Shown here: positions 43,119 through 57,300 of the stretch, piece after piece
Position numbering within the stretch: the first letter of the stretch is position 1
How the letters are laid out: each line of letters begins with the position of its first letter
DNA from: Chrysomallon squamiferum
Taxonomy: Eukaryota > Animalia > Mollusca
Assembly: GCA_012295275.1 (NCBI GenBank)
Contig: CM022670.1
Location: 32,054,001-32,118,000, forward strand
Direction: 5' to 3'
Length of the DNA: 64,000 nucleotides
Notes under the pieces: generated by a model
The model's input: only the letters and a program-made list of their open reading frames with translations
Told to the model about the DNA's origin: nothing
The model's database searches: none
Made by a program: the position numbers and the translations under genes

Positions 43119-44189
43119 ATAGATATATTAATGAGATGAGCAAAATACATCTATGCATATGACTACGTAAACAACATGAATAACAGTAGAAAACAGAATC
43201 AAATTAATCATGTTAATGACATTTGATCTTTGTAACAAATGTTCTGTAGTAAGGAAATTACGAGGAATAAAATCACGAAAAACGCAAGACAGTATGAGAA
43301 ATAATCTAATGAATTAATGAAACGGATATGTCATTCGATAGTGTTAAGTTCTATATGTTATTTTAATGTATATCAAACACGTATACTACTACATACTTCT
43401 GTGGTAATGTAACTGTTTTGGGTAATGCACGTTCAACAGTCTATACCCAGCAGCTGCTAATAAAAATGAAGACGTTTTATTCTGTTACCCGATATTCATA
43501 GAGGTCATCGGTTTTTCTAGGTTAGTTAAACATTCTTTTTAATATGTTTTTACATTTATCGAACATTCTAGAAATTTCTGGAAATGCGCCAAACCATTAG
43601 ACTATTTTCTAAAAACATCGTTTTATATATTTGTTTATTATTTTAAAGACAGTGTCTAAATCTTTTTGCTTCACGCACATTTCCGAATTTGTAATTTCTA
43701 CATATGCCAAAGAAATCCGATCATCAAAATATTCAGAAATTCGTTGCTTTCTGAAACTGGCCGATTAGATCATTATCAGAGAATGCTGGGTATATCAATC
43801 ACCTGTTACTTAGATTTTACGTGGGGGAAATTGTGGCTTGCTTGACAAATTGTAAATTCTGTAATGGTTTCTACTATCTGAAAGTATCGGCGATGAAGGG
43901 AATGCTGCATATTCTATCTCGTTGACCGATATACTCAAGTTCAGAGTTGAGACTGTTCACTTCTACGGTTTCTATAGACACGTCGAAGACGGTTAAAAAA
44001 ACAAACCCCAAAAAACAACCAACAACGATTCTACACTTTTCTTCACAATAAATATAATCTACGTTTCTTCTGAATCAAAAACGATGGATGAACATTGAAA
44101 ATTTTTCGTTTTTATCAAGCCTAATTACTTTCCTTGTATTACATACTAACAAATTAGTAACATACTGAAAGACACCTTCTACTCAGTGC

Positions 44190-44310
44190 CCCTTTTCCCG
44201 TTCCAGACAATCCTTTATGATAGTTCATCAGGGATCATGGCAAACGATACCTTGCTGATAATTGAAGTAGCCCAAGGGAAGGTGGGATGTTTTTTCTCAC
44301 ATGACTGTAC
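44190..44310 (+). mobile_element. Decayed SINE fragment
   Basis: ttcccgttccagaca ... gataccttgctgataattgaagtagccca resembles 49451-49480. Confidence 0.5.
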
Positions 44311-44700
44311 GAATGTTTGATATTAATAACAAAATATGTAATAAGATGATGTACGCAGATAATTACCCCTCTTGTACAGTATATATCTAAATTAAGTTTA
44401 TTCTATTGAATATATTTTTATCATTTCTGTTGTTCTTATCGTTTAAATTATACTAAGATTATGTTATCACCTGGTCGTTATTCCCCTTACAACAAAGTCC
44501 ATACGCCAGAAAACAGCTAAAAAACACACTGGCTTTCTGAGCACATGAAGGTTGCTAAAGGGTTTCAGTGATATTTATAAGTTTTTTTGGCTGAGCATTT
44601 TGAAAAATCTTCATTATGATTTTGGTTCTATTGTGATGAATCGAAAAATATAGCATTATTGATTTTTGTTGTTTGTTTTTGTTATTTTAATATATATAAA

Positions 44701-44702
44701 AA

Positions 44703-44766
<64 letters not shown>

Positions 44767-44767
44767 T
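44701..44767. repeat. (AAT)n microsatellite
   Basis: Directly visible. Confidence 0.97.
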
Positions 44768-45695
44768 TTTTAAAACATTTAGAAAAAATATTTTTATTAA
44801 TATCTTGTACTAATCTAAAATGGCCTCTCATCCCCCCACAAAAAAGATAAAAAAATAAAAATGAAAATAAAAATTAAATTAAATTAAAAAAAATAATAAT
44901 AATAAAGGTAAATAAAAAAGAAAAGAAAAACAGAAATCCATCCATCCCAGAGACAACTGTTTATTCCTAAGTGATTATTTTTAAAAATAACTTTTCAGAA
45001 ACAATAACATTTAAAAAATCTGATGAAATGAGATGACAGGCGGAAGACTGGTGCTGTGAACTGGCATGACCTGTCAAAACCCCTCACTGCTGTCAGCAAC
45101 ATCTTGCACATCAGCGTGTCCAGCCACTGTTTGTGTCTTGCATCAAGCCGCTGCAGCCAGTTGGCACATTCCCAACACAGTTCACGGCCTTTTACATCTC
45201 GGACATAGACCCAAGTGACTATGAAAACTTTTGTTGGTCCATTTATTTCCTCCTATCACAACATAACCAGAATGTTTATTGGCAGAAAGAGCAATATATT
45301 GCCCACAAGGACTATAATTCATATTCTTAAGGCTTTATTTTCTATATTAATAACTAGTAATGCTTAAGTCAGCATCTTGAGTAGCATTTCAGGTAGTAAA
45401 AAATGTAAAAGAGTTCTCATTTCCTTCTCTCAGAAAATAAAATCTAGGTTCAATGTACAGTAGACCATCATTAAAAATATGACAATGATTGTGATGATTA
45501 TGATGATGATAGTGAAGAAAATGTGACCTTTGCCAATTCTTCTTTTCTTATTTGGTTTAATTTATTTCTATGATTGTTATATCATAGTCCTAATCTAGTA
45601 AAATATAAACATATTTCAATTTAATGACTGGCTTATTATTACACTTACTTAGAATGTCAGTATACATATATATGCAACTTACAATACATATCAAC

Positions 45696-45727
<32 letters not shown>

Positions 45728-46617
45728 ATTTTGTTGTGGGGCATTGATAAACAAATTTACTGAATCATGTTTAAGTGCAAATATCTTATAAAAAGCTGCT
45801 GAGTGCACACAGTTTATAGTCAGAAACTATTAAAAAGAAACAACAAACAACATGACAGCACTGTTCACTCATAAATAGGTAAGACCACTGATTCAATGAA
45901 GGCCATTCATCTGTCTCTTTTACTTAAACAGAAATAAAAGAAGACAAACATTTTCATTTGTTGTAAGGTTTAACTATCCCCAGGACTCTAAACTTCTGTC
46001 CAATAAAAGAGAAAGAGAAAAAAGATTACAATCGAAAGGACATGCAGTCCATGACAACCAAAGTGGAGGCAATTGTTAGAAAAATACATCTTACTTATTT
46101 TGGACAGTAAATAGTTTAAGTTTAAAAAATTTCTTTAGTACTGTACAAATGATGGTCTACACTCCCAGCTAGACGACTTGTATACAGAAAGCTTTCTCCA
46201 CCTATCTAATCATGGGCTTTTGGCTTTGAAATAGGAAAACTGTTTTTTAACACATTGCTGATATATAGGTGGAGAGGCTTTCATGATTTGCAAATAGAAC
46301 AGGGGCAAGAAAAGGTCAACAAAAATAAGTGTTTGTTTAGATTTTTGCCTAGCCAACACAAGGAATTTGCTCAAGCATACAAGCTGAACACAGTTAACTT
46401 GTTAAAGACTATTTGGTAAAAAAAATAAAATAAAATAATAATGTTTGTTTAAAGTACATGGTAGCTGTTAAATAAACAACTCTGCAGTATATAATTGCTG
46501 GTGTTTTCTAGTAAGTATTCACAAGTGGAAATAGTTCACTGAAATATATTTATTTCTCTTTTTCTAAATACCTGTCAAGCATGCAAATGTTAAGATCAGT
46601 AACTCTGACTGTGTGTG

Positions 46618-46656
<39 letters not shown>

Positions 46657-47180
46657 ATGCCTGTATGTTTGCACATATATTTGTATGTATGTATGTGTGT
46701 TATCTTATCTGTGTTTAAATATGTCTATATATAGGTATATTTATATGTACACAAATGTTTCTATGTTTGTAATCCACCAAAACAAAAACATTTCAACTTT
46801 TAAAAGCAAGGCAGTTGAACATTTTACACTAAATAAAAAAAAAGAGAGAGAGAGAGGGGAAAAGATTTAGTGACAGTAAAGTATGTAGACCTGATTGATA
46901 AGTTAACAGTCAGTGAGGCAGAAGAGAAGTATTGGACATGGCAGGTTTTCAAAAGAAAATAATAACAGGCCAGTCAACAGGAGATTAATGTCCCACTTTC
47001 TGGAAAATTGGTTCAGCCTTTCAGACACTTCTGTGTGTATCTTTAGCAGCTGACACTTTTCAATGGTGACAATTCAGACAGAGAGAGAGAGCGAGAGAGC
47101 GAGAGAGAGAGAGAGAGAGAGAGCGAGCCCTGTTTAGCTGCTGCCTGCCATCTGCATTTACCCGCATTCTACTTACTTAC

Positions 47181-47272
47181 CCGCTTCTTACTTGGTGGAT
47201 AAGTGGGTATGTGTGGCAGATGTTCTCTCCTCTCTGAGACATGAAGTTTTGTCTGCTGAGGAAGATTACAAT
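47181..47272 (-). CDS. Candidate coding exon of an unidentified minus-strand gene: (D)CNLPQQTKLHVSERREHLPHIPTYPPSKKR
   Basis: Minus strand: acceptor ttatttattactttcag|AT and donor CGG|gtaagt; 92 nt, open when entered in phase 1, which matches the phase leaving exon 61292-61345; read-through gives VSK-stop ending at 47169. No homology recognised. Confidence 0.45.
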
Positions 47273-49339
47273 CTGAAAGTAATAAATAACTTTATTTGTG
47301 TGATCTACAGACAAATTGTATATACTGCAGATGTTCTGATTGAAAAGTAATGTGTCTAAGAAAGAGAATAAATGTTTTATTACTCTTCTTAAAGTGTAAT
47401 TATTATAATGGATTAGTAAAATTAATTCATTAATTCACAAAATAAAGTCGTTTAAAAATGGTTGAAATTTTATTTTTTGTTTATTTATCCATTATTTTGA
47501 AAAACGGAAAGTATAACAAGTTGTATTTGGTTTTACATGTAAATTATTTATATTACATCTGAAATGTACCAAAACAAACATTTCTCATTTTTCTTCATTT
47601 TCTGATACGTTTTGTTCTAAATCTAAATTATTAACAGTATTCTTGTTACTGATACCAGAGACTGTCACAGCAAAATCATTACATGACTGTGTGTTTCTAT
47701 CTATTTACATGAATGAGAGAATTAGTTTTCTCTATGTCCCTTCTGTTTATTCATGTCTTTTCAACACTGATATATGTATCCTTGTAAAACAGATAAAAAA
47801 CTAGCCATTTCAGACAACATACATTCATAAAGTGGATCAGAAACTGTTAAGGAAGTCCAGGCCTAATACCATCACACACAGTGATTTACATCCACAACTG
47901 ACCTCAACTGACCATTGGCTCAAGCTTACTGGATATTGTACCAAGCCACTCACAGATTTAATCTCACTTTGATTCAAGTGGTCCTAATTTTGTAAAGCTT
48001 CTTGATTTGTTTTTTGTACATCTCAGACTAGATTTGAGTCTTTGCAGTTTTGACTGCTGGCTGGTGAGTGATTTGATAGCTGTCAGTTTGCAGTAATGAA
48101 GTGAGAACATATTAGTAATAAGTATACAAACATTAACCATTAAGAGCAATAAACGAACACCAGAATTAATTCATCTAGATGTTATGTTGATGAAAGTTCA
48201 TGCTTTTATATCAGTACATATATTTGGTGTAACAGACTCCATGAAGAATTGAACCAGGACCCTAAGTGTGAGAATGTCGTGTTCCCTACCAGCAGAGAAA
48301 GAGAAATTCATTACTACATTATGAGAACATTCTACCTAACAATACTACATCAGTTGTAAGCATATACACCTGGACATTTTTATTATTATTAAATTTTGAA
48401 AATAAAATATTAGCTGAGTATTTTTTTTTTTCAAATTATTAGAGTGCAGTAAGAACAAAGAATGACATTTTTAACAATGTTGTTTTCTATTAAACACTTC
48501 TTAAAAATGATTTTGACTGATTTGCATAATTAAATATAAAAATGTCTACTTGATACCAACACTGTACTTATCAACCTGAAAACTGACTGGTTTGCTCAAT
48601 GTATTTATCAATAAAATCATTCAATAATTTTCCTTTTGAAGCCCAGATATTCTTTAAATTCTAATGTAAAGATTCAAACTACCAAGCATAAACTCAGAGC
48701 AGGTTTTAGTGACATTTGTCATACATAACCTGATGTAAGTGAGTGCTTCAAATTAATGATGGTGCTTAGTTGAATTAGTCTGATCAGTGGGAAAATCCTC
48801 TGACATTTTGCCAATTCCTGCCAGGATCTGTGAACAGTACACACAAAACAAAATATTATGCTTTTTTTTTTAAATTTATTATGAAAAGGCCTATTTAAAA
48901 TATAATTGTTAGTATGTTAAATGGGAAGCAACAGAGACTTTTGTTCAATTATTGACTTCAATTTCCTATTTTTAAAATTAAAATAAGAAGTATGTAAATT
49001 ACTTATGAAATAGTCAAAATAAGTGTATTAGTACTGGAAGTCTGGATGCTTATTTCAGAGAGAACAGTGCTGTGAAATGTTGTGTTCTTAATGTATCAGC
49101 TGTCATACAAATATCTCTTACAAAATATATTTAAAATTTAATTTAAAAACAGTATGTCAAGTTTACAAGTATAAATAACTTCATATTTTTTTTTTTTTTT
49201 TAGTATTTATTGAAGTAAAAAAAACAAGCTGATGATGACAACAGTACAGATTGTGTGACAAGCAGATCAGATGATTAAACAATCAATCAGTTTTTATCTG
49301 CCTACAATCAAACATGGATTTCCTTCTTTGATGCTACCA

Positions 49340-49580
49340 ATTTCAGAATCAATCCTTCTTAGCATTCCTTTCATGCTACTTTACAGTTCTTGCCTTGTAA
49401 CTTGTTAATCAAAGGTTTTATGTGTGTTTTACTGTCTTTGGGAAGGTATATACCTGCTGCTAATTGGCAAGAGTAGCCCATGAAATGGTAATAACAGGTG
49501 TTGTCTGTCAGATAATCATCACGTATGATTAACACATAATAAGTATTACACTGTACTCAGATGTCATATAACATTTATTT
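49340..49580 (+). mobile_element. Decayed SINE copy with CpG-mutated core
   Basis: ctgtctttgggaaggtatatacctgctgctaattggcaagagtagcccatgaaatggtaataacagg shares motifs with the other copies. Confidence 0.6.
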
Positions 49581-50099
49581 ATTCGCATTGTTTGAGGTTT
49601 AACCAATGGATACATGAGTGATCATTTTGATCCAACAGGCCTTCTGTTTATCTGCAATATAGGACACGTTTTCTCATTACTGTGAATTATTCAGGTACAT
49701 ACATGTATTATGCATCACAAGTAGTTCTTGTCTTAGCACCTTATTCAATCACCCACTATTTTGTTATCCCTAATGTGTAATAATGCAGTACCAGAGAGTG
49801 ATGAATGAAAGGCACAAAAATGTGTTACAACCTTTGAGATGTATGAAAAACTTTTCATAATATAAGACTGAAAAGATTTTTTTTTAAATGTAAAGTATAA
49901 TAGAGAATAAAGTTTAAAGATTGTGAAGAAGGTGGCAAAGTGCTTGTTTCATACAATGAGAACTGTTTGTACATATCTGATACATTTTGGAATAATTCTG
50001 GAGAATGTCAAAAATGTAATTTTCTCACAATTTGTTTAGTGTTAAAAAGAAAAAAATTAACAAATATTTGTTTAATGACATCAACATGTTTTATTATAA

Positions 50100-50262
50100 A
50101 CAATTATAATGTGTCAAACTTTTCCTGTAATATGAAAGAGATCTCTTGTCTTTTTTTTCTATGGTCTACTCTTACTCTTCAGCAGTAATGGATCCTGTGT
50201 ATACCTTCCCACTGATCAGAAACAATGCTGATAAATCAGGGCATTGGCTGGAACAAGAAGTA
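50100..50262 (-). mobile_element. Decayed SINE copy, inverted relative to the 49340 copy
   Basis: atggtctactctt...agcagtaatggatcctgtgtataccttccc...gcattggctggaac is reverse-complementary to motifs at 49440-49482 and 38679. Confidence 0.55.
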
Positions 50263-51327
50263 ATGCACTGATGACAGTCAAAACAGTTTTGCTAGACACC
50301 AATATACTAATTCATTTTAAATACTACAAAGTACATACTAAATGTATTTTTACAGGAGATTAGTTTTACAAAAATGCATTTTTAAATTTACAGACATTTC
50401 TGTAAACTTTAAAAAAAAAAAAAAAAAAAAAGAAAAGTAAGAATGGCAGATAAATGGTTAAAAAAAAAAGAAGAAAAAAAAAAGCTTAACACAATGAAAT
50501 TATGTTAGTTCTAACAATCCTTGAATTTAATCAAATTTATCTGACTTTTCAACTCTGCTGGATCCATCAGAATGGGTTTTTCAAACTCAACTTTTTTTTA
50601 CCCTTCTACTTTACTGTTTTGATGAGATAAATATAATTTACAGTTGGGCAAACATCTCTGCTACTAGATGGTAAAGAGTAAACACAACACTGATTACTTA
50701 TCTGATGCAGACATCACTGTGTACATGGAACATTTAAGTACTGCCATTACAAGTCTTCAGTGTATATGGTTTTAGATGTATACTGCCTCACATTAATTCT
50801 GGCCATTAATTTTACAGTCTGGAGAAACATTCTAGTAGTGACTTTCAGACAAATATTCCACAAAACTTAGACATATTAAATGTAAATATAGCAAAGTGTA
50901 CTGATGCTAAACTTACTACTTAGTTTTTACTATTCAGGTATGACTGCTCAACACAGACAGTATTTTTAATTGTGCCTTTATTTAACTGTTTAATCAATGT
51001 AACTTGGAAACAAGTATTTAATTTTTTTTACAACAGAGACAGGAAAAGGATAAGTCAAAGGCAAACAGCAGTAGCCATTACCGTAACATTAATTATAGTA
51101 TCTGCGGTCAGTAATAGGTTTATAAAGGCAACATGATGATTCAAAACTGAGTCACTGCCATTTAAAAACAGTAGGCAACAGGGCAAGTAAAGTATTGTGT
51201 GAAGTATCCAGGCTCTTCTTTTGACATATTCTGAGTGTATTAAAGCATTTATTTACTAAAACTGAATTTAGAATCTAACATTGCTAAAGGATGACAATTA
51301 TGACCAATTGACAGTCTTGTAACATTT

Positions 51328-51346
51328 AAAAAAAAAAAAAAAAAAA

Positions 51347-51377
<31 letters not shown>

Positions 51378-51391
51378 CAAAACAAAACAAA
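51328..51391. repeat. poly(A)-(AAAAC)n tract
   Basis: Directly visible. Confidence 0.95.
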
Positions 51392-54300
51392 TACACTTAT
51401 ATAAAGTTATGAAATCCTTTCTCAATTGTTATATTTGAAATCACATTTGTATAGACTTTCATATATAGTATGATCATAATATCTTTCAGTGATGTCATTA
51501 ACCATAAGTAATAGTCATTAAATAATGATTAAAATGATTAAAAAAATTAAACTTACAAATTTAAATAACAACAGAAGCTCAATATATAATTCACATCTGT
51601 GGATTAACAAACATTTATTATTAAATAAACAAATCACGAGAGTATGAGCTGATTGAAATAACAGGGATCCTCTTCATCCTATTAAAAATTATGTTTCAGC
51701 CACTCTGGTTTAATAAATGATGTCTGCAAATTATTTTGCACTTTACAGCTTACATACTAAAATGGCGACTTGGTGCAAAAACTTTTACCCAAGTTTTTAT
51801 CTCATCAACATTCCGTGCAGTTTATCACGATTAAATTATGAAAGGTTCTGGCAAAATATTGAAAATTTTAGTAGCTATTAAATCCATATGCTTGAGGTGC
51901 ATCCAAAAAATTCTGTTGATCTCCAGTATTATCTGACAGAAAAGTACCCCCAAGTGAAAAAATAATCATAAAATATTTCTTTAAAAACAGAGATGAAGAA
52001 AAAAGTAAATAAAAATTAAAACAAAATAAAAACATAACAATAATGATGATGATGATTATGATAATAATAATAATAATAAATAAATAAATAAATAAATAAA
52101 TAAAATTTATTCCAATAAATTCAGAAAAAAACAAAAACAAAGTGTAGTTCAGTCATAATATTGCCAAATTAAATACTGATAAATTTTTACTCAGACTGAC
52201 TCCCTGGGACACAGCATATGGGCAATGTTGAGTACCTGATGAGATCTGATGAAATCCCATACTAAAGTGTGATTGTCCAATGACAAGCAACAGGTTTCAT
52301 GATAAAACTGGGATTGATGAATTAATTTATAGATCCTTTTCTCAACAAAGATTAGATATGTTACTCAAACAAGAACAGTTAACAGAATGTGTGTGAATTG
52401 ATTCTCAACTTCAAAACTATCATCATATGTGCTTGATACTGTGTAAAATAAAAATGAGAACAGATCTCTATATGATTAGATTTGATTTTGAATAATAAAC
52501 AATATATTGATAAAGTACCTTATATATTAAACAATCAGTTGTAGCCACTTCTAACTGTAAATGGTTCAGGTTACTGTCATCTTTAACATGGCTTGTCATA
52601 CAGGATTAAAATTAACTGTCTATTCTGCATTATGTACAGCCCATCACATTTGATTATAACCTTTTCTAATTAATGACTAATAGAAGTTCACATTTATTCG
52701 GCAGTTTATAATTACTTACCACCTGGACTATCCTAAAGTTAATAGTCTTCCTATCATACTTTCATCACCTTTGTAACCACCAACACATGTTGATTTTCCC
52801 TTTTTATTTAAAAAAAAAATAAAAATAAAAAATATTAGGTGCAGGTAAACTAAAGCCAAAGTACACAAAGAAAGAAATCTAGTTAGCTGTGTGAAGAGCA
52901 AGAAGACACCCCCTCCTCAACCACCATCGAAAAAACACCAAAAACAACCCTAGCCTAAATCCAAGTGCAAGATACATTCTGCACTCAATGTTTCATCATG
53001 TAAACCCATCTCTGCGATTCTGCTACTTTCACCCGAGTGTGTGCTACAGCACTTAGTAATCCACTGAAAATATATTAGCCTTTAAAAAACATTCACACCA
53101 GTATTTGTGTTGGCATTCCATTGTTGCATCTGGCTTAGTCTGTTATTACCAACAAGGCAGCAACAGGTATTCCATTGATGCTTCTCTAGCTGGCTTTTAC
53201 ATACTGTGTATGTAACTCAATGGAAATACCACCTGTCTGTATTTATTGTTGTTTTTTCCAATTTACAAATTTGTGTAAGTAAAAGACCCTCTTTGCCATT
53301 CCATTGCTCTTTAGTAAATTCATCAGTTCAGCAGACTGTTTTGAGATTTGGGACATTGTGTATACATTGTATTTATGTATGTTTGGGTGGTTCTTGTCTC
53401 AGAATATCTTGTCCTTGAAAATGATACCAAGTACTGACGGACTAACAGATGGATCTAACATAAGTAAAGGGAATACTCGAGATTAGACTTTTGGTTTGTG
53501 TGTACAAAAAAGTCTGCTGTTGCTGAAAAGTACATCATGTGGTTAACATGCAAGCACACAATTATATAAAAATCCTTGGGTTGCACTGTCATGACAATGT
53601 TTTATTCATCAGTTTTATTGATCAAATTTAACACCTTTAATAACTTTTCTTTTTCTGATAATTTATAGCTACTAACTAAAAACAAATTATATAAAGCAAT
53701 CATAGAATTATGTTTGAAATTCTAATGGAAGACAATGCCAGACAAAGTGTCATTCTCTAATGAATTTGTTCATTTTGTATGACTGTAATGAATATGGAAT
53801 TTTGGCACAGTACTCTGCCAAACTAAGAGCCAGCCACAAACCTGAAAGGTTTTGGTTCACTACATGTCAACATAAGGATGGAAACAATGGTGTTTTTTTA
53901 CAGACACCTCAGCACACTGATTATTCAGCGGCTGTTAGATTTCAAATATTTCATTACCATTAATCACTTGATTTCTGCTTTTGGAGAGAAAACATTCTTC
54001 TGCTATTTAGCAGATTATTCCTGGTAATTGACCAAAAGAATTAGATCTTTTTCCCCACTGATCTAGATATTTTGATAAATATATAAAATAAGAGTGATTA
54101 ATACAGAGAAATAAATATATATCAAAACATTAGTCCTCATTTATTACAGTAATGCTTCTTTACAATGGTCCAAAATATTGTTCAGTTTGTGTAATTGTGG
54201 CCAACAGTTAGGTAAAGTGATGCAAAAAATGCAAAACATGTATTCTAACAAACAAGCCAATTTGCTTTATCCTGTTATTATTCTCACTGGTAATTTTTCT

Positions 54301-57300
54301 TAACATGTGATATGTCTGTAATGTTCACTGGCAAAAACAATAGCTAGTATTTCCCAGACATAAGCATACTTGTGTCAATAAAATTCTACTGTTTAGTAAT
54401 GTAATATTAGACTGGCAAAAACAAGAACACACATCTGTACTAGTTTTTCAGCTTAAAGTCTAATTACTGTTTGAAATATTACATACACAGTGTCCTTGTC
54501 ATCACAATCTTATCATTCTCAGTGTTGGATGCTTTTTGTCAGTTGAAAACCTTAAAGCTGAAGCAATTCCACTGTATCACAATCTTTTCCCATATATCAT
54601 TTACAGGCAATATTTCGCTTGTGCAGTGACATGATAGATATATCCTCAGATTAATTATGTTAGTGACAGTTCAAGTCTTCAAAGATCTGATGATCAGCTT
54701 TTGCAAATTTTACCTGATGTTTATTAATGTCTCAGCTTACCTGGTCATCTCAGACAGGTATTGCAGATCAGTGTGATTTCAGACTATTATGGTAATTGAA
54801 CTTAATTAATTAGAAACATAATGTATATGATGTTAGCATGCTTTCTATCACTTCAGTCATGGGGAGGTGATAAGATATGTAGTCCAGATGAGAATTACCA
54901 CTTCAAGGCAATAATTATTTTAAGGTAAACAAATTAAAGTTCTGTAATCACTTTCTTTGACTCCTCTGAAAAATCTGAATCCACTATGAACATCTCTAGG
55001 AAGCCTTAGTGAACTGAAAAATGAAAACAATCTTATGTCATACTTATTATCCTCTTAATCATTTTTATCTTCATCTTCTAAGAAATCTGGGGATAGATTT
55101 GGTAAACACATCAGGTGTTATCTGCCAGGTTTAAAATGGCTAAAGACTCCTAAGGACTAATGATCATGTCAAGGGAGCCATCAAAGTGTTGCAGCACTCA
55201 CAGAGCTGATAAATAGCCAGCACAGATCACAGTGGAGTCCCTCTGGTCCACTTGGAGTTGACACACTTCTGGCAACACTTTCTTTCATCTTCCATGAAAA
55301 ATGGCCAAACATGGAAAAAGTTATTTTATGGACAGACTGATAAAACTGATCATCTATTGAGACTCTGCAAATGTGTATGAAAATGTAACTTTAAATCCAT
55401 TTCATCCTGAAACATCTATACCTAATTACAAAGTATTTATGATATTAGAAATGTCCAAATTTACTGCAGTAATTGAAGAGTATATAAGAATAATAAAACT
55501 GAGTGAATAAATGGAATTTTTTTTTTTTGTGACACTTCAACATGTTATTACTTGCTATAAGAATTCAGATTTATTTTTTTGTATGTTTCAAGAGGAAATC
55601 TGCTGCTGTTAGTCCTTGACCTTTCTGATATATATATATATATATATTCTTTTTTTCTGCAAAATCACATATCACAGGGTAAACTGTGTTAAATAAGAGT
55701 TATTTGAAAAAGGGGAGGTACAAAATTTTTGTGATTTTCATTACCTGTACCTGGCTTTAAAATATATGATTGGCATTTACATTGTTTCCAGATACTTTAC
55801 TTTTGTACCAGTTTTAAATAGAAAAGCAATCAAAATTAAATCAAAGCTGACTAGAAAACAGGGACTATTTCAGGTCTCATTGTGGACATTCATTTTTGTA
55901 TTATCAGCTTTAAATCATATCTTATCCCGAATCTGTAATCATCAAGAAAAACAAGATAGGACCTCAAACCAGCTTTTGCTGCACTCTGTGATTTTAATTT
56001 CATTCAATTACTTCTCGGTTAGTAGAGGAATGCTGTTATAAATTATTTGTCTAGAACCATGGCTTCATGTTCTGAGCACAGCTCTTGCAAATTCCATTTA
56101 CAATTGAAATGGTTGTGAACAAGATAAGGCAGAAACAGGGTACATTATTACCAGTCTATGAATGAATAATGGTGGCAGCTGTGACCTTCAACTCTGACAT
56201 GCAGTGAAGTAAATCAGCTTGTGGTGATAAAAGGAATGTCTGATTATACTCTAAGCCTGTCATAGGCACAACTTTGTAGTGAAGTCAGAGGTCTGACAGG
56301 TGTGCTTGAACAATTATCTTATACAAGCATGTAAAAAAATAATAATCCATATCCTAATTCATTTTCAGTTTGATGAGTATATGAGTGTATGTAGATATTG
56401 TAATGAAGAAACCATGTTGTTTATTTATGGATAAAAATATGGATGTAAAACTATATTAGCAAAAATTATGTTTTTCAAGCACCTTCCCTTAAACCAGAAA
56501 TCAACAAGAACAACAATAATATTAAATATTTTTACTTAATTAGGCTTCTTTATTGGCCAACTAATTTTGTAAGTCTAGTACTAAAACTGCTCCTGCAAAA
56601 TGTATACTAAAATATTATTCAAAACCTTCCTTAAAGACTAATGTCTAGAAATGTAAAAAAAAAATAAGAAGCAATAAAAATAAAGTGCTTAATAATTTTT
56701 TTTTTAAAAAGAGCAACCAACATGAGCCTACTTATGCTAAATCAACCTAGACCTTTCTAGTGGCACAATTTGGATCAGCAATCATTAAATTAGAATCTGC
56801 TCTCTGACGTACATCATTTATTTCTTCATTTTTTATTTTTTCTTATTTTTGTTTTTGCTCCATCTAGGAAATAATCTAAATGTCAGACAAGCAGATATCT
56901 TTTTCTTTTTTTGTTCATTATTCTACTCTTTATCCATCAAGGTTTTTAGAGCAATACTAATGTTACACAACAGATAATAAATGGTTTGGCAGTCTTAGTG
57001 GGCCAAGTTGAGCTTTATATCAGACCACCTGTTAATACTGAGATTCTCATCATATGCAGTGGTGAACCCTTTTCAGAATTAACTGATGGCCATAATCTAT
57101 AGAAAATCAAACTTTGCAGTTTCTATCAGAAATGGGGATTTAACCAATATATCTTGTCTTCCATAACAACCTTCTGACAGATGATTTGATTATCCTAAAT
57201 GATAGCAGATGACATACATTCTGTTCCAACTTGGCCAGACTTGTTGCTTAATTTATTATACACTTCTTTTTCTATCTTTGTTGCAAGTTTCAGGGTGTAT

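Noticed and set aside
47968-48080. Possible minus-strand exon within ORF 47964-48149
   Set aside because: Poor polypyrimidine tract and exit phase incompatible with exon 47181-47272.
52215-52262. Hammerhead ribozyme-like CTGATGA...GAAA with tatggg/cccata pairing
   Set aside because: Stem II cannot form, and there is no correctly placed UH cleavage site or stem I.
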